A stretch of DNA of 64,000 nt, taken from positions 1 through 64,000 of the forward strand of contig JYFJ02001557.1 in the NCBI GenBank assembly GCA_000934665.2, read 5' to 3'. The position numbers and the translations under genes were made by a program. The DNA is from Catajapyx aquilonaris. Its lineage: Eukaryota. Within the stretch, counting starts at the first letter, position 1, and each line of letters begins with the position of its first letter. The notes under the pieces were generated by a model. It worked only from the letters and a program-made list of their open reading frames with translations, did no database searches and was not told the origin of the DNA. This document shows positions 25,501-39,752 of the stretch, piece by piece.

Positions 25501-28500
25501 GATCTGTAGCCATGGCCCTCTTTTGTTTTGTCAGAGGTTGAAGAGGATGCTGGTGTTTTGCTCAATTGTATGTCGTAACTGACAATCGGTTGATATGCAG
25601 GAGGCCATCAGTATGTGACATGGCCTTATGTCTTCTGATCGGGTTGAAGAATGTGAGTTACCCAATAGGTAATGTAATGAGGCTGTCCTAACTGTGAGTG
25701 TCAAGTATTCGCACATTCCTTTCTCCTCTATCGAAGCCGGCCCCAATCAGCATTCATTGTGTGTTGCTGGTATCCCCGCGGGCCGTATCGGATGACCCCC
25801 ATCATACCTCGTTTTTTTGTCGCATTGTTGCAAGATGCCATCAAGTTGAGCACTGGGAATTAGCCCCTACAATTTTTACGGGACGGTCAAAATTGCGGTT
25901 ACTTTGGGCGTAATGCAAGTCGCTTTAATGTCATTCATTATTCAGGTTGTCAAGGGCAGATGATAGGAGCGAAAGGAGGTCGTTTCATTTGTCTTTTAGC
26001 CGGATGTTTTGTTTCCTTGACCCTTTGTCGTCTCTTTTGCATTCCCGTACCTTGTATACCTGCGAGCAGGTGAGTTTGCAAGTAAACATTGAGCAGATTG
26101 AGGTCGTTGATTTGGTCCTATACGTGCGGGTCGGGATTTATTTTATTTTATTTATTTGATGTTGTTAACGACCATTCCTGGATGAGTAGTCGGGGTTGGT
26201 ATTTCACGCATTCAGCTTCCTTCCTGAAAGCAATGTTGGCATATTTGGCGGCCGGGTATATTCAGCACGTGCACGTCGCACAATAATAAACAAATGGTGG
26301 TCATTTTTGTGGAGGCTGAACAAATGTGGTATCGGGTTCGGACCGTTTGTGTGTCGGCTTTAAACAAATATCGTTGCGATTCGGTGTAAACGGCCATCAA
26401 ATACACAACCGCTCGGTAATTCAGTAATCTCAATGCGATGCATACAGTTGCCGATTTTAGGAGAAACTGCAAAACACAGCGTAAGAAATATTTGCACAAA
26501 ATTGATCTCACACTGTGCATTGACCCCTAGGCTCTGGGTAAGCTTAGATAAGACCCCTCCCCCCTAAAAAAAACATTGAACGTAAAAAAACATGGGGTCA
26601 CTACTTGAAACTGACCATTTAATTAACTTGGTTTAGAAGAGTACGGCCCATAACATCATTTCTTGCTACCGTGTGTGCTTCCATCGACTGAAGGCCTGAC
26701 CTTCAGCCGCACAAATAACCCTTGCCGTCCGAAACTACATTGCAAACAATCTGTTGCCAAAAGCAGTTTGTTTTCCAATCGGCTGGCAGGCTGGATCCAA
26801 AATTACCTAACTTTTTGGCGACTTTCCCAGGAGCGTTTCTGTCATTAGCTGTCGGATGTGAGCGAAACCTGCAGTAACTTCAGTATAGTTCCGAACCAAA
26901 TAATGTGACAAGAAAAGTTTCTAATGTGTATATGACGGAGGTCGTTTATTAATTGAAACTCTAGTGTTGGAATGACTTATAAGTGACCTTAACTTCCAAG
27001 TATGGGGACCTACTTTCCAAGTGGACTACGCCTTAACTTCTCGAGTGGATACACTTGCTTGTAGATCATGGCAATCCAAATTGCAAATATTGCCCTATTA
27101 TTTAACAGGTTTCATTTGGTTGCATTAATGAAGAGGGACATGATGTCATTTCAAAGTCTGATTTCAAAATAGATGGTATAGTGCTCATCTTGTTCCTGTC
27201 GGCCTCCCCACAGATTGAAAGCAAACAGTGTGTCCTGAATTGTTTATTATTTCGGCTCCAATCAATAGTAGGGGGTCGTGGCACAGCGGATAGAAAATTG
27301 TGTCAGCAAGGGTGTTACGTAATACCAAACGATAAACAAAACGGTGCTATGGAAATCAGAAGCGATACACGAGTGTTTCGCTCATTTCCGACGCTCTCAC
27401 TTTCGCTCTCATTTGCTTTTCATTTCCTACACTCTAATAAAAAAAATGTGATGATAACAGATGTGGAAATATGCTGTTGATAAGTGCCCCCAAAAAATTG
27501 CATTCCTCTGCATCTGTAATTTTTTGTGTGTGGCAGACATACCGCAGTGCGAAAGGCGAGGGAAAAGGTGCGATGGAAGTTTATTACCATATGATTTTTT
27601 GCTTCGTCTTGGAGAGGTAGGTGAGTGAACTTGCTTGGTTGACCACTCCCTTTGGGGCTCTCCTCGTGCTGGGTATGTATGCGCTGTACATGGTTGTCGG
27701 CGCCGTAAATGTCAGGTTTGCATCGGCCTCCTAGCGTGATGCCCATCTTGAAACTTATTTTTCCATATTCTTTGCTGGTTCCGTTTCCTCCCTCACAGTG
27801 CTGTGGATGCACGTTTTTTTCCCTATAGGCGGTGGATGATGTTTATTTGACAGGGTTGCTGTATGGATGGGTGGGTATTGCTGACAGCAGGTTACAGTGT
27901 TGGTAAGTTATAGTGTACACTGTACAGTATACAGTATATGGAGCGTCCGTGTAGTGCAGGCTACTAGTGCTGATTATATACAGTGGCATAATAGTTGCCC
28001 CATTGATATAAAATAACGTAAAGAGGAATTTTCCAACCTAATTATATATGTAAAGGATATTATGTTATTATATACATATTCATCTGAAGTTTTAATGTAG
28101 CAATTATAATATTTACCCTGGATTATAGTAACTAAACCCGTTTGGTTGAGTGAACCAAATATTACATTTTGACATTATAATTGAATTAAATTAATTGCCC
28201 ACATGAGATGAAAAGAGGGGTGTAGAATTTCGGCTTCAAAGAGACTGTTTTATTAGTGCTAAAACCGCAGTCTGTAGAATCCCTTTATGCATTATGGAAT
28301 CATTTACTAATCCTGCACGATTAGCCTCAGTTATATCCGATGCTGCACTAAAAAGAGCAGGAAAAAGTGAAATACTGTACCAATCTCACCCTAACAGCCA
28401 TATACGTCCCCCAACACTTTCGATAATTACATTGCGTGCATCAAATGGACTATGGAACCAACTCAAAATGCTGAAACGTGTCATTATTGAACACGACCAA

Positions 28501-29509
28501 TTTTGGCAAATTTCGAACTAATTACAGTAAATTGCACCACTTGAAATATATTTATACCTAAGTAATAAAATATTCCGTCTGCTATCTAACTTTATAAACG
28601 ACATATTTCCCCAGATATTTCGAAACTATACGACCTACTGCAGTTAAAAAAGTGACTTATGTAACGCGGAAGAGACGCCCAGAAATGCTTTTGGCAAAAA
28701 AAAAAAAAAAACTCCGCACGTTTTAGACGCTATTTTCCTCTGATCCCCAGTACGCATTGTTCCAATTCATTGAGGTCACTCCTCCACTTCCTCTTCCCGT
28801 ACCCCTCTTCTTTCTCTTCCCCGCTCCAATGTTCATCCGTTTCCGCTCTTGTCATTCATGGCTAACTGGCCCATGGATGCCGTGACAGCAACTGTTGACA
28901 CACACCACACTGCTGCCTCCAATCCGAAACTCGGAAACCTGCAGAAGCCTATAATAAATGGTTACTTCATGACTGGGATGCCATCACGTCACATCACCGC
29001 CAATGAAAGCACATCTGCAACGGCAGCCACGTTGCAACTCGTACCGTGATCAGCAAACAACGAAAAACCATGAATCACCGGCTATTCAATAGAGGCCAGA
29101 TGTATGCTCCTACAGGTCTGCTTCGAATGAAGACTACGATCGATAGTAACAATAGTATTGCGTTCGAATAAAACATGGGGATTTTTCATGCAAAATATGA
29201 GGCATGAATACCACAGCCCATATTCACGATGTGATTTTTTCAGCTTTTCGGGTAAAAGAGGCAGTGATGCTATTGCCCCAGAAAAATGTGGGAAGCATAA
29301 GAATACTGATGCATACTGTATACATATTATATTCCAAGTTGGTGGGTCGTGTTTTGTTATTACTGATATTATCCGAAGTAGTTATATTTGTGTAGCTTGT
29401 TGTGCCCCGATCTAGGTTCCCCAGTACTATCAGGTGGTCGAATGTAGCAGTGGCTATAGAATATGACAACTAATTAGTGGCACAAACTAAAAAAATAGCA
29501 GCTTTGAGC

Positions 29510-29978
29510 GAAAGGGCATGGCACAAAATGTATGGGCCAGTGGCCTTCCGTTCGATTTGCCTGAAAATGGGATATGTTGTAGCCCAGACTGTCCTGATCA
29601 ATGTTAGATAGGGACATTTTGAGGCAGGACCTACAGGGAGCGTGCTAGTGACCTCCGAAGGTAAATATGGGACATGGTCTGGTTTTCCGTTCGATTTACC
29701 TGAAAATTGGACATGTTGTAGCCCAGACTGTCCTGATCAATGTTAGATATAGGGACATTTCGAGGTAGGACGTACAGGGAGCGTGCTAATATAATGTGGG
29801 GAGTAGTTACTATACTCCCCATATTACCTTCGGAGGTCATTAGCATGCTCCATGTAGGTCCTACCTTGAAATGTTCCTATCCAACATTGATCAGGACAGT
29901 CTGGGCTACAACATATCCCATTTTCAGGCAAATCGAACGGAAGGCCACTGGCCCATACATTTTGTGCCATGTCCTTTC
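29510..29978. mobile_element. Fold-back non-autonomous element with an internal tandem duplication
   Basis: The left end (about 150 bp) is the near-perfect reverse complement of the right end. A unit containing GTAGCCCAGACTGTCCTGATCAATGTT occurs twice on the left and once, inverted, on the right. Confidence 0.85.
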
Positions 29979-32576
29979 ATATATCAATAACTATTATAAA
30001 AAATCCCCACGAACTTGGAATACCATATGTGCTCAAGCTGAGGGGAACTATATACGACATACTGCACATAACTCCAAAAAACAAAAACTTAAAACTTTCT
30101 GAACTTTTTTTCCTTTTGTTCTGTTGCTCCACATATACAAGTATCTATAAAAGCAGCCTACCTGGCGTAGTAACAAGAGGCCTAATCCTTGAGCTAGCTG
30201 TTTCCAGCATTTCCCATTAGTCATCCGGAGAAAAGGGAACGCCAACAGTTTTGTACTTGAGTTTGCAGGGAATTTGTCCGGTCCCGGAAGATACCGGATT
30301 TCGCCATTTCCATTAGTCTCGAGGGAAATGCGCGTACGAGGTAGACTTCAGCCTCGTGTCCAATTGTATCCTATAATCTATGACTGTAGCTGCCTTGCTG
30401 GATGGGAAGAGGCCTTCTAACTTTATGCATTATTGTTCTTGCATATATCATTTAAAATTTTACGGTAATGTTATGCAGATTCTGTCTGAAAATTCTGCAC
30501 GTGCCTGAAAACTGCTTTAACTGCAAATAATGGCACTATTTTTGGCTGAGACTAAGGGTAATTTTCTTTAGCGAAACTCACCTGCCGACTACTGGTTTTA
30601 GCATTGCACGGACGGTCTTTAGCATATAGGAAGTGGCAAAGTGCCATGCAAACAGATGTGCAGGCGGTCATATTTTGAACAGCTGGTCGTCCTTGGTATA
30701 TTCTCGCGTCTAAAACTTGTCCATCCTCAATCGTGATGCTGACATATTAAGCACTGTTGAGCATTTAGATTATATACCAATTATTTCTTAGAATAAATCA
30801 ATAGCTAGACTATAGCGCGTTGTTTTCGGGGAAACTGTACAGTAAAAGTAAAAAGGCCTGTGTGTTTGCTCCCACTCCGTATGTTGTTTGAGCAAATATT
30901 AGTTTTAGAGTAAACTCACCTATATGCCAACCTTCACTTCACCCTTTTACATACGAAATGCAAATTCTTGCGAAAATTGCTCGCCATCGCCTACAGCAAA
31001 AGGCGTTCTTTTGATACCAACAACCGACTCACCATGAATAAATACCATGAGGCCCCTTCTTCCTAATCCCGACAAATCCATATTACAAAGAAAATGTGGC
31101 AATATTGACGAGAGATATTACATCCTCATCTTAAAGATTGTTTCTAAGAATACGAGTCCAATAATATCTCGCCTAATCTCCACCTGAACCAGTAGCTGGG
31201 TGTGCTCCTAGCTGCAATATTTGGGAACATGGTGCCCTCCACCTATCTGATTTATGCGGTGCTAAAAGTGTGTGCCTTATGTTGAATTTATCTCAGCTCA
31301 TAACCAACACCGCGTCTGTTTTCAGCCTCCGCAAAATTTAGCGCCATACATATGAGAGGAAAATATATATCAAAAAAACGCACTTCCAGGACGTCCCCCC
31401 TCCCCCTCTTTTAAAAATTTATATCAACTAAAATAATAACCTCCCGCAAGTGGACTTGCCTTGCTGGCGAATGTAAATTCTGCCTTGTTCCTAGCCCCGT
31501 ATTACTCATTCTAATTACTTGTGACTGCCTTTGGCGCTTCGCAGCCGGGGGACAAAAAGCTGGCTAAGTGACTGCATAGCTTTGACTTTCTGAATGGACC
31601 TGCTGGTGGTGTATTCAAGTGCCGGAATATAGAAACGAGGCCATATATTATACCTGGAGGATCATGGCTGCCATCATTCGTCGAGCGGAATCAGTGGGGA
31701 TTTCAGAAGGAATTAATTTTCTGCAACGTGGCAGCTTCATGGCTGAAACAAATGGACTTTCAGTTGACTAGTTTTTCAGGATAGGTTATGAATATTGTAC
31801 GGAGGAGCCAACACAATGATGTGATGCGCACGCGTACGCTCTACTGGCGTAATTATAAGCCTGGAAGCAATCTGCTGTGAAGAAAATAATGGTGGAAAAA
31901 AAGGGGGCAAGCAGAACTCATCCATCCGAAATGCATACCGCTATCTCACCCAGTTTTCGCGAAACAATGCCAAATCTCACGCTCCAAGAAAGGTGCATGC
32001 AAATGAGCAGAAAGTGCAAAAATTTTGGTGTTCGCCAACATCGTAAATAGACGAAGATAATATGATTTATGGTTGGCATCAAAATGGAATGTTCAGAATT
32101 TATAAACTGTTGTTAGCAAGATGGCCGCCTGATTCTAAAACTATTCTTTATGTCCTGATTCTTCTCGAGTGCTCCGTTTTAATTTTTTAACAAGCTTTTA
32201 AACACATACATTGAAAAACCTAGAAATGGTTGTTAGTAGGCTTAATCAAAACTATTTGGTTGAGAGACTTCAACCCAACGTTTGGCCGATTTGATCGAAT
32301 AAAACATTATTTTGGTTTGTTCAGCTACTTATTTTATTAAATAGTAGAAATGCCTATAAGATCAGGTTGTACTAGTACCGTCACTTCAAGGAGTAAGGTA
32401 GCAGACCTGATGCTCAAAATAGCCTTTAAGAGAGGCTCTCCCACCTCTTGCTGACAACTCGCGAGGAGCTCCTCTCTTGGAGGCTATTTTGATCTTCAGG
32501 TCTTCATCTTACTCTTGGAAGTCACCCCAGACATGTAGGCATATAGCCTCAACCCAAGGTCCATTATTGCTAATTG

Positions 32577-32866
32577 GGATACAGTTGACCTTACTGGCGT
32601 GTGGGAGACGGGAGGGTAGTAGTCGGTGGGGGCAGCGGGCTGTGTCGCAAAGGCAATAATAAAGGATAGGCGTGTATCTGCTGAAGATAGGTCTGTATCC
32701 GCGAGGAAGGAAGGTTAGGCTTGGTTAGGTTAGGTTGGTACAGCATACCCCTTCCAAAACCCCCAAAAAATCAATCTTTGCATCCTTGCCTTTGCGCCAC
32801 AGCCACGCTGCCCCCAGCCACCACTCACCCTGCCGCTCCCGCACGCCAGTAGGGGTGACTCTTTCC
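32577..32866. mobile_element. MITE with GG...CC ends and an 8-bp TSD (Merlin- or Mutator-like)
   Basis: Imperfect arms of about 80 bp (ttactggcgtgtgggag / ctcccgcacgccagtag), internal GGTTA repeats, perfect TSD GCTAATTG (32569-32576, 32867-32874). Confidence 0.8.
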
Positions 32867-33725
32867 GCTAATTGTTCCTAATAATGAGACGAGCCCAAGA
32901 TGAGGCTATACCTTCAGTGATGCAACTGGGTCTAAGTATGGGAGGAGTGATAACCGACACTGGCTCTCATCTAATGATAATAAATCGTTCGTGAGGGCGA
33001 GAGTGAGTTGGAGCTCTTGGAGCCCTCCTAAATTGCAAGCCGCATCAACAAGCTTTCTTCGGGAGCCGCACATCAGCAGCCTGGCCATGGCGGCCATTTT
33101 AGCTCCAGTTTCAATTAGAATGCTAATTATGCCTGTGGAAAGCCTCCTCTGAAAATGGAGGATTCTTGAAATAAGTCAACACTGGAAAGATATGTTTTGG
33201 TCCAGAGGTCGTGGGTCAAACGGGTATTTGGAGGGTCTCGTGGCCTATGAATCTGGCCGTTTCATCTGGGAAGAAAGGACGGAAACAGCCGAGGCTGTCC
33301 ATTATCCCAGACGACTCGAGTCTGCTCCCAACTCGCTATAAACAAAGCCAAGAGTGGTGCAGAAAAAAGAAAGAAAAAGAAGCTGCACTAGGGGACTGAT
33401 TTATATGACCTCCAAGTCGAGCTTGCCCTCTGCCCCAGCAACTCACTTCTTTTTCTGAGACTGCCACCTCTACAAGTGACACATGTGCATGCCCATTTCT
33501 CCAAAAACTCATTCGATCAGGGCCTGCATGGCATGAATATCATACTGGCAGGCAGCCCAGGCCACCACCTGACGTATAATGACTTCTGTTCTTGCCCATG
33601 AATGATGGTGATTAAAGTCACGTGTTTATGGCCGAGTGTGGCCCGCTTACGTCAAATAAAATCATAGTAAGTTCACTTATCCGTTAGCTGATCGAAATTT
33701 GTATATTTTATTAAATTATATAACT

Positions 33726-33946
33726 TGTGACGACCCCGGGGTCGCCCCGGGGTCTACCCCATGCTAGCTCTACCCTGAAAACACATGGGCACTGGTTTAT
33801 TGGACCTTTCAGGTCACCACCTTAGTACAGACTCTTCCAGACTCTTTCGACTTTGGTTACCAACTCACTCTCCCCTGGCCAAAGCCAGGGAAGCAGTGCG
33901 CATGCCCAGCCAACATCACATGACCTGTAGGGGGCGGGTCCTCACA
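33726..33946 (-). mobile_element. Probable solo LTR (Gypsy-like)
   Basis: TGTGACGACCC...GGGTCCTCACA termini, perfect 4-bp TSD AACT, AATAAA on the minus strand at about 33795-33800. Confidence 0.7.
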
Positions 33947-35231
33947 AACTAGTTTGGAATATATCCTGGGACACACGGGTGACCAAACGGGTGACATCAT
34001 TGGTTGAGGCGCCTTCTAACTCCTCCCAGCCCCCCCCCCCTTCACTAGACCGATTCAGTCCTCTCAGTAGTCTGAAAGTGGGTTAGGTAGCCAGTCCATA
34101 CAAGCTCTTTCTAAATATGTTATTTATTTTAGAAATATTGCAAAGTAAATTTTAAAACCTCTTTATTGTCCTGCATACGAAATATTAGGAGGATGACAGT
34201 CAAAACACACTGTTGGAATGATGGTGAAAACACGCACCAGTTGTCTCCGAAACTGCTTGGATAACGGCATTCTTTTTTTCAGCTCCTACTTGTGGATTTA
34301 TCCGTGTCACGTTAGAATACGGTACAGTTTTCATCGGGCAACGTCGTAAAATCGGGCTGCAGGTGAGAAGAGCATGCTTTCACGTGTGGAAATATGGCAT
34401 CACGTTCCGTCGCCCTCGGTCGTAACATTTTCGACGCGTGGGAATTTCCAGCCTATTTTCACACAGTGACACTGCACTATTTATTGTTTTTTTTTCTGGA
34501 CAACGGCGGAGCTATAATTCTCCGTGACACTTCCAGGCGCCTGAACAGTGGGACAGGCGACAATCGGCCACCTCCCCCCCCCACCCGGTATCCTATCCGC
34601 AACTTGCGGCGTATTATTTTCATCTCTGCAGAAACGTGCATATAAAAAATGGAAATGGGAAATTGTGGCACCCATGAGGGTCTGCGAACCGTTTTGCCAG
34701 CTTATTCCGGAAAAAAAAAATTTGAGCGTAGTAATTACGAAGACCCCAGAAGCGGAATCCTCCTCTGGAATTTCCTGTAAGAGAGAAAATGAGATTTTTC
34801 CATCCACCCTACCCACATACCCTCCTTATTTTTTTCTTCTTTGTTACCCCGCCTCTTATGTTCCGTCTGTAATGAGAGGGCTCCAAGCTAGGCTCAGCAG
34901 GCCGCCATTGTTTCTCATCTCAAAATGGCTTCTCTCCTACGATATATATTTTTTTTCTCAACCGTTCATCTCGATCTTTCAGGATCTATTGGGATCCTAC
35001 TACAATCCTGACCAGCCTGATTGCAGAGGCAGAAAATAAAGGGTTTTTTTTTCTCAGCGTCTTTCCCCAATGGCTTTCTGACCTGACAAAACAATGATGC
35101 ATGGCTGTGCTGGGACTGTCTCAGATCGATAGGAGACCCAAGAGGCTTTCCACTTCCATTTTCTAAAGAAGCCCATCGACTCATATTTATACAGCTTGTT
35201 TTTGACATTCTAATGCATTGTTATTGAACAT

Positions 35232-35468
35232 TTAGCTCTCGATAAGAGGCACCTTGCGAAATGATTGGTAGGCCGAGAAGCATCGATAGGGACGGTAATA
35301 CTGTACTGTGAGAAGCTTGCATAATGTGCTGGTATCACGCAATCGTGCGAATCTCGTTCTGCAACACCTGAAGGAAGGTAAAAAAAAATAGTAAAAGTGA
35401 TCAGGGCTCTGTTGGAAGTCGTTTCCTGCTTTGGCCTCTCTGCATATGAACCTCCTTATACGGAACAC
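35232..35468 (-). pseudogene. Decayed LINE (L2/CR1-like) RT C-terminal fragment
   Basis: FRIRRFICREAK...PDHFYY resembles the L.RIR.FL....K......PHFDY region of L2/CR1 ORF2; degenerate. Confidence 0.35.
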
Positions 35469-36879
35469 CTAATTGTGCATTGTTGGCCGATAAGCACAAT
35501 TTTTATTTTAAAAAAATGGCAACATGATCGTGATGAGAGAAAGTGAGCGTGAGGAAGAGGATACGTCATGTTGCCATTTTTACCCTTCGATGTTAGTGAA
35601 AGTGTCCGGATAAACAGCACCTATAAACCATGGCCACATAGTGTTACAGACTTGAAAATAAAAGGCCCAACGGCAACATTGCGCGGGTCCTTTCACTTTC
35701 CCGAAAGGATGTTGGAGGTCACTTATCGGCCATCCATTTTAATAGCCCAAAAAAAAAGAGTATACAAGTTGGGCACGAACTATGTAGCTGCCAAAGACTA
35801 AACACAGCAGTAAGAAAACAGGCTTAGGGTTACGAAATGAACTCAGATGGAGGTCACCCAGCCTAGGTGAATATGAGACAGCATGGGGGAAGACATGACA
35901 AAAGTGTGCTCGTTTTTCCTCTTTCAAGGTTTGATATTGCTTATTAGACGAGTTGCTTTTTATTACAACTTGGTGGGTGTTATACTATATAACATGATTG
36001 CTCAGCATTTGGCACGAGGTGTGACTCACCAGGAACTACAAAACAAGGGTCGTGTAAAGGTCATATTTCCCTGTATTAATCTTAAGTTTGTATCAGTCCA
36101 CTTGTGCACAAATTGGCGAAAATTTTGTCGCTTTTTTCCTGGTTCTTTATCATCCCGTTATTTTCACGCCTTGAACTGAAGTGCATCGAGACAAAGCCAG
36201 GATAAACAAGACAACAGGACCCCTAGTTTTACGGGCGGGAAATGCATGGTACGTGTGTAACGAGGGGAAAGTCGTTACGAATTCCTCACATTTTGCGTGA
36301 TAGAAAGTGTCGGACTCATCGTTGTGTCAGGTTGCATTGGTACCATATCCTTCTTTTTGTTCCGAAACGAAAGCGAAACTGATTGCATATCGTAGTTATC
36401 AGGCCACACAGGATATGAATACTGACGGATTTCAGAACATTGCACTACCTTGAAATATAAGCTTTCAGGTAGCAGTAATCAATAGAAGTTGGTTACGAAA
36501 GAAATCGAATTATTGATATGCGAAGAGCCTACATCGGTAGGCTACTCATCATGCCAGGATTATTACCTTTTTATTCATCCCCCATCCCCCGGTTCTCTTA
36601 GATTATTAGAAAATTTTTACTTCATTTACAATGAACCGCTCGCCTTGCTTCAAAATGGATCCCCCGAGAGAAATATGAATATTTAAAACATTGGCCGCCA
36701 GGCGTGCAGGGAGGCTCGAAAGGAGCAGCACTCCCCGTAATTTACATTGTTGCAATGGTTTCCCGAAAGTACATTTGGGCACATGATTAATTCATCCATA
36801 ACGTCTGGCACATAGAGCAGTTACTTTCTGAATAGAACCCTGGTGTGAAATTGTGCCTGCGGACACAATAGGCGGGCTC

Positions 36880-37400
36880 CCAACTTTGCCAAAACTAGTC
36901 CTTTAACATAACAATATTGGGACCTCATCCTCTCAGCACCGACCTCCTGAAATGTACGGTGGAGCAATACCGTATGACTTGAGCCGGAGCAAGTCTACCG
37001 TGGAAAAGGGGCTTCTCCTATTGTTTGTTCCAGCCCTTTTGAGATGCATTTTGACGTCAATAGTCACCAGCAGTGTCGTGCCATTTGCTGTTGATTCAAA
37101 CTGATGTGAATGGACGTCCTCGCTTTGTATAGGGCTTTTCGTTTTAGGCTGGTGTCACTATTAGCATGACAGCAGCATGGGCTGAATCGATCCGAGTTCC
37201 AATTGGAATGGGTTTCTCACACGGAAATAGGGCCACCCCAGTCTTCCGGAATATATAGGGTGTGCCAAAGCTAACTTTGGAAGGCGGATTGGTGGTGTTC
37301 CGAGAGTTTCAGAACATTCGTCACGCCACACTGGCTGACCTGTGCCGCCCAAATGTGGCCTCTACCACGACACCCAAGTTTAGAAGTTGGCTTCATTTGG
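36880..37400 (-). pseudogene. Decayed LINE (CR1-like) reverse transcriptase fragment
   Basis: Minus-strand peptides VLKLSEHHQSAFQS*LWHTLYIPEDW and, downstream, TLLVTIDVKM match the IP.DWK and F.D..KAFD regions in the right order; stops and frameshifts present. Confidence 0.5.
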
Positions 37401-39609
37401 GGCGTCGCGTCGTGGTCTTTTGTTCTACCAAAGTTAGCAGTGGTTCCACCTGTCAACAACTGGTAACTCTAGTGACTCATGAAAAACCTTACTAAAACTT
37501 GATGGCCTACCAACTTTTATCACACTCTGTAGAATCCATCATGGATGCAGCGACCACAATCCGATATCCAATCTGGAATTGCGGTCGCGGTCTAGAGAAT
37601 TCAGCAATTGATGTCCCACCGAGCTCGGGTCCATCACGTCACAGGACAAATTCTCGGAGCCAACAAGCTCGAAACGATGCGCTAACGAGCCGAGATGGTT
37701 AACACCCCTTCTCTCAAGTGTCATCCAAAGAGTTTCCAAAATTCATAATGGCCGCCCCCAGGCAACTCCCAGGAGGAGCCACTGATCTCCTGCTTTTTTT
37801 TCTCTCTCAGTTTTTGTGATATCCTGAACGCAGAGTGTGAGTGAAGGCTCTGTCTCCGCATTTCGGTTCCGGATGCTGCTCTCATTACAATAACCCCCTA
37901 CCATCGATTTTAGCTTGCCCTCCATCCTTCTCTCGGAAATGGCCCCACATCTTTCTTCCGCAATTTTTTTGCGACTTTATTGGCAACCTGAGGCAAAACG
38001 GAGTTGATTCCGCTGATGCAAGGCAGCAAACCTACTTTTCCGGAGACACTTCGTACGTGTCGCTCTTCTTGAAGGAACAGACACCTATTTGATTCTAAAA
38101 AAATTTTTAATGAAAATTTTGCAATTTAAAAGTTAATGTGTGATTTAAAAATAATTATATGCTAGAAATGAGACCCCCCCCCCATGATTTTCTGTGTTTA
38201 TTTTTACTACACACTGCAGGGCAATTCCCATGGACCATTGCCCAGTCTCTTGAAAATTTTTTGGAACCTACAGTACAGGGCTGAACAAAACTCATTTTGG
38301 GCTTGGATATCGTGCCGTTCCGCCGGCATTCTTTTAGCACTTGGTCGGCTCGTTTGGGTCGGCTGCCAGCGCAGGAAATCCTTTCCAATAGGTCGAGGAA
38401 GAGTGGGGAGAGGATGGGGCATGGGGAGGGTTCGGTCGAAATCAGTAGTCCGGTCCACACGGGATGTCTCAGTTGCAGTGAATAATGAAGGGAGAGCCCC
38501 CAATGAGGATGCTGGCAAGAATACTAAAAGCTATCGAATGAGGTCCATTCCCTGATGTCCTCAAGCATGGCCAATGACTCTATGGGGAAGAATTACCCAG
38601 AGACACTGCCTATGTTGGTACGCGGGCCATTTTATTTCTAGTGGAATCAAGGCACGATTGAGACTTAACAAAACGTGCAAACTCGACGCTTCTGCAGACA
38701 AATTGACTGCAGACTTTACGTATACAGAAATGGATAAATGGGCAAAATTAAATGAAAATAGGTCGCCCATAACTCATTTAGGATATTCACCAATTAGCAG
38801 TGAATATCCAGTCCCCTTTTTCAATAGCTGCTCCTTGTAAACAATGCAAGGTCGGCAAGTGGGACGCTGATCACGTCAGGTAAGATGGCGCCCAGTGTCA
38901 TTGTTCTCTTCCCGCCAATTATTCGCACAGAGAATGAGCCAGTTTTCCAAGGGGAGGTTTTTTCTCTCTTTATTGCCCAAACACAAAAAAACACCATTAT
39001 ATTCCAGTACAACCCCGGAGTGTAGGAAGCAAAAATTATAGCCCCTTGGGTGGCCAGCAGGGGTCTGTGATTTACCAAGTGCGTGCTTGGAACCTTGAGT
39101 AATTGGTAGCCGGTGTATTCTTGCATTGCAACAACTCAGAATCTGATACCAGTATGTGACACACGAAGGCCAAAAACACCGGAAAAAACCAGGCGGTTCC
39201 TACGGATGGAATAACTTCGTGATCGAAAGAAATCAAACGAAAACATCCGTAGGGTTAATTTTTTAAAAAAAGGAGCTGAAAAGTAATCAAAATAATTGAA
39301 AATTTGTTGGAATTACGATGGAAGACACCACCGTTTTATTGAATAGCGTAACTACCTCTTCCGCATTAGTTTCACGACCTTGAAGCCTGATTCAAAAACT
39401 AACTCACCTCGGTTTTATCGCTCCAGACGTCCGTCGTATAGCCGATAGTGTGTGTGAAAGTGTAGATGGGCGTAGATTTACGGCAGCTCCAGACTCCATC
39501 CAACAAAAACACACACCGACTTGATGAAAGACTCAGATAAGGGTGGTCCTTATTTACATTCAGTACTGTCGCCTCCAGAAATTATGTTGAAAACAAGATG
39601 AGGACAGTG

Positions 39610-39752
39610 CGGTGGTTCATAACCCAGATATGCCTAAATTAGTTTTTGTTAATTTTAAACAAATATTATTTTTGTGAGCAAATGTATAAACAGCTGTGTA
39701 AGTGTCCTATATACACTTTATAGGCCGGCATATCTGGGATTGTTCACCACTG
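39610..39752. mobile_element. Degenerate hAT-like MITE
   Basis: Inverted ends sharing CCCAGATATGCC / GGCATATCTGGG with a C(A/G)GTGGT terminus; no TSD found. Confidence 0.45.

Noticed and set aside
35512..35581. 16-bp inverted repeat enclosing GTGATGA as a snoRNA
   Set aside because: No D box; more likely a MITE remnant.
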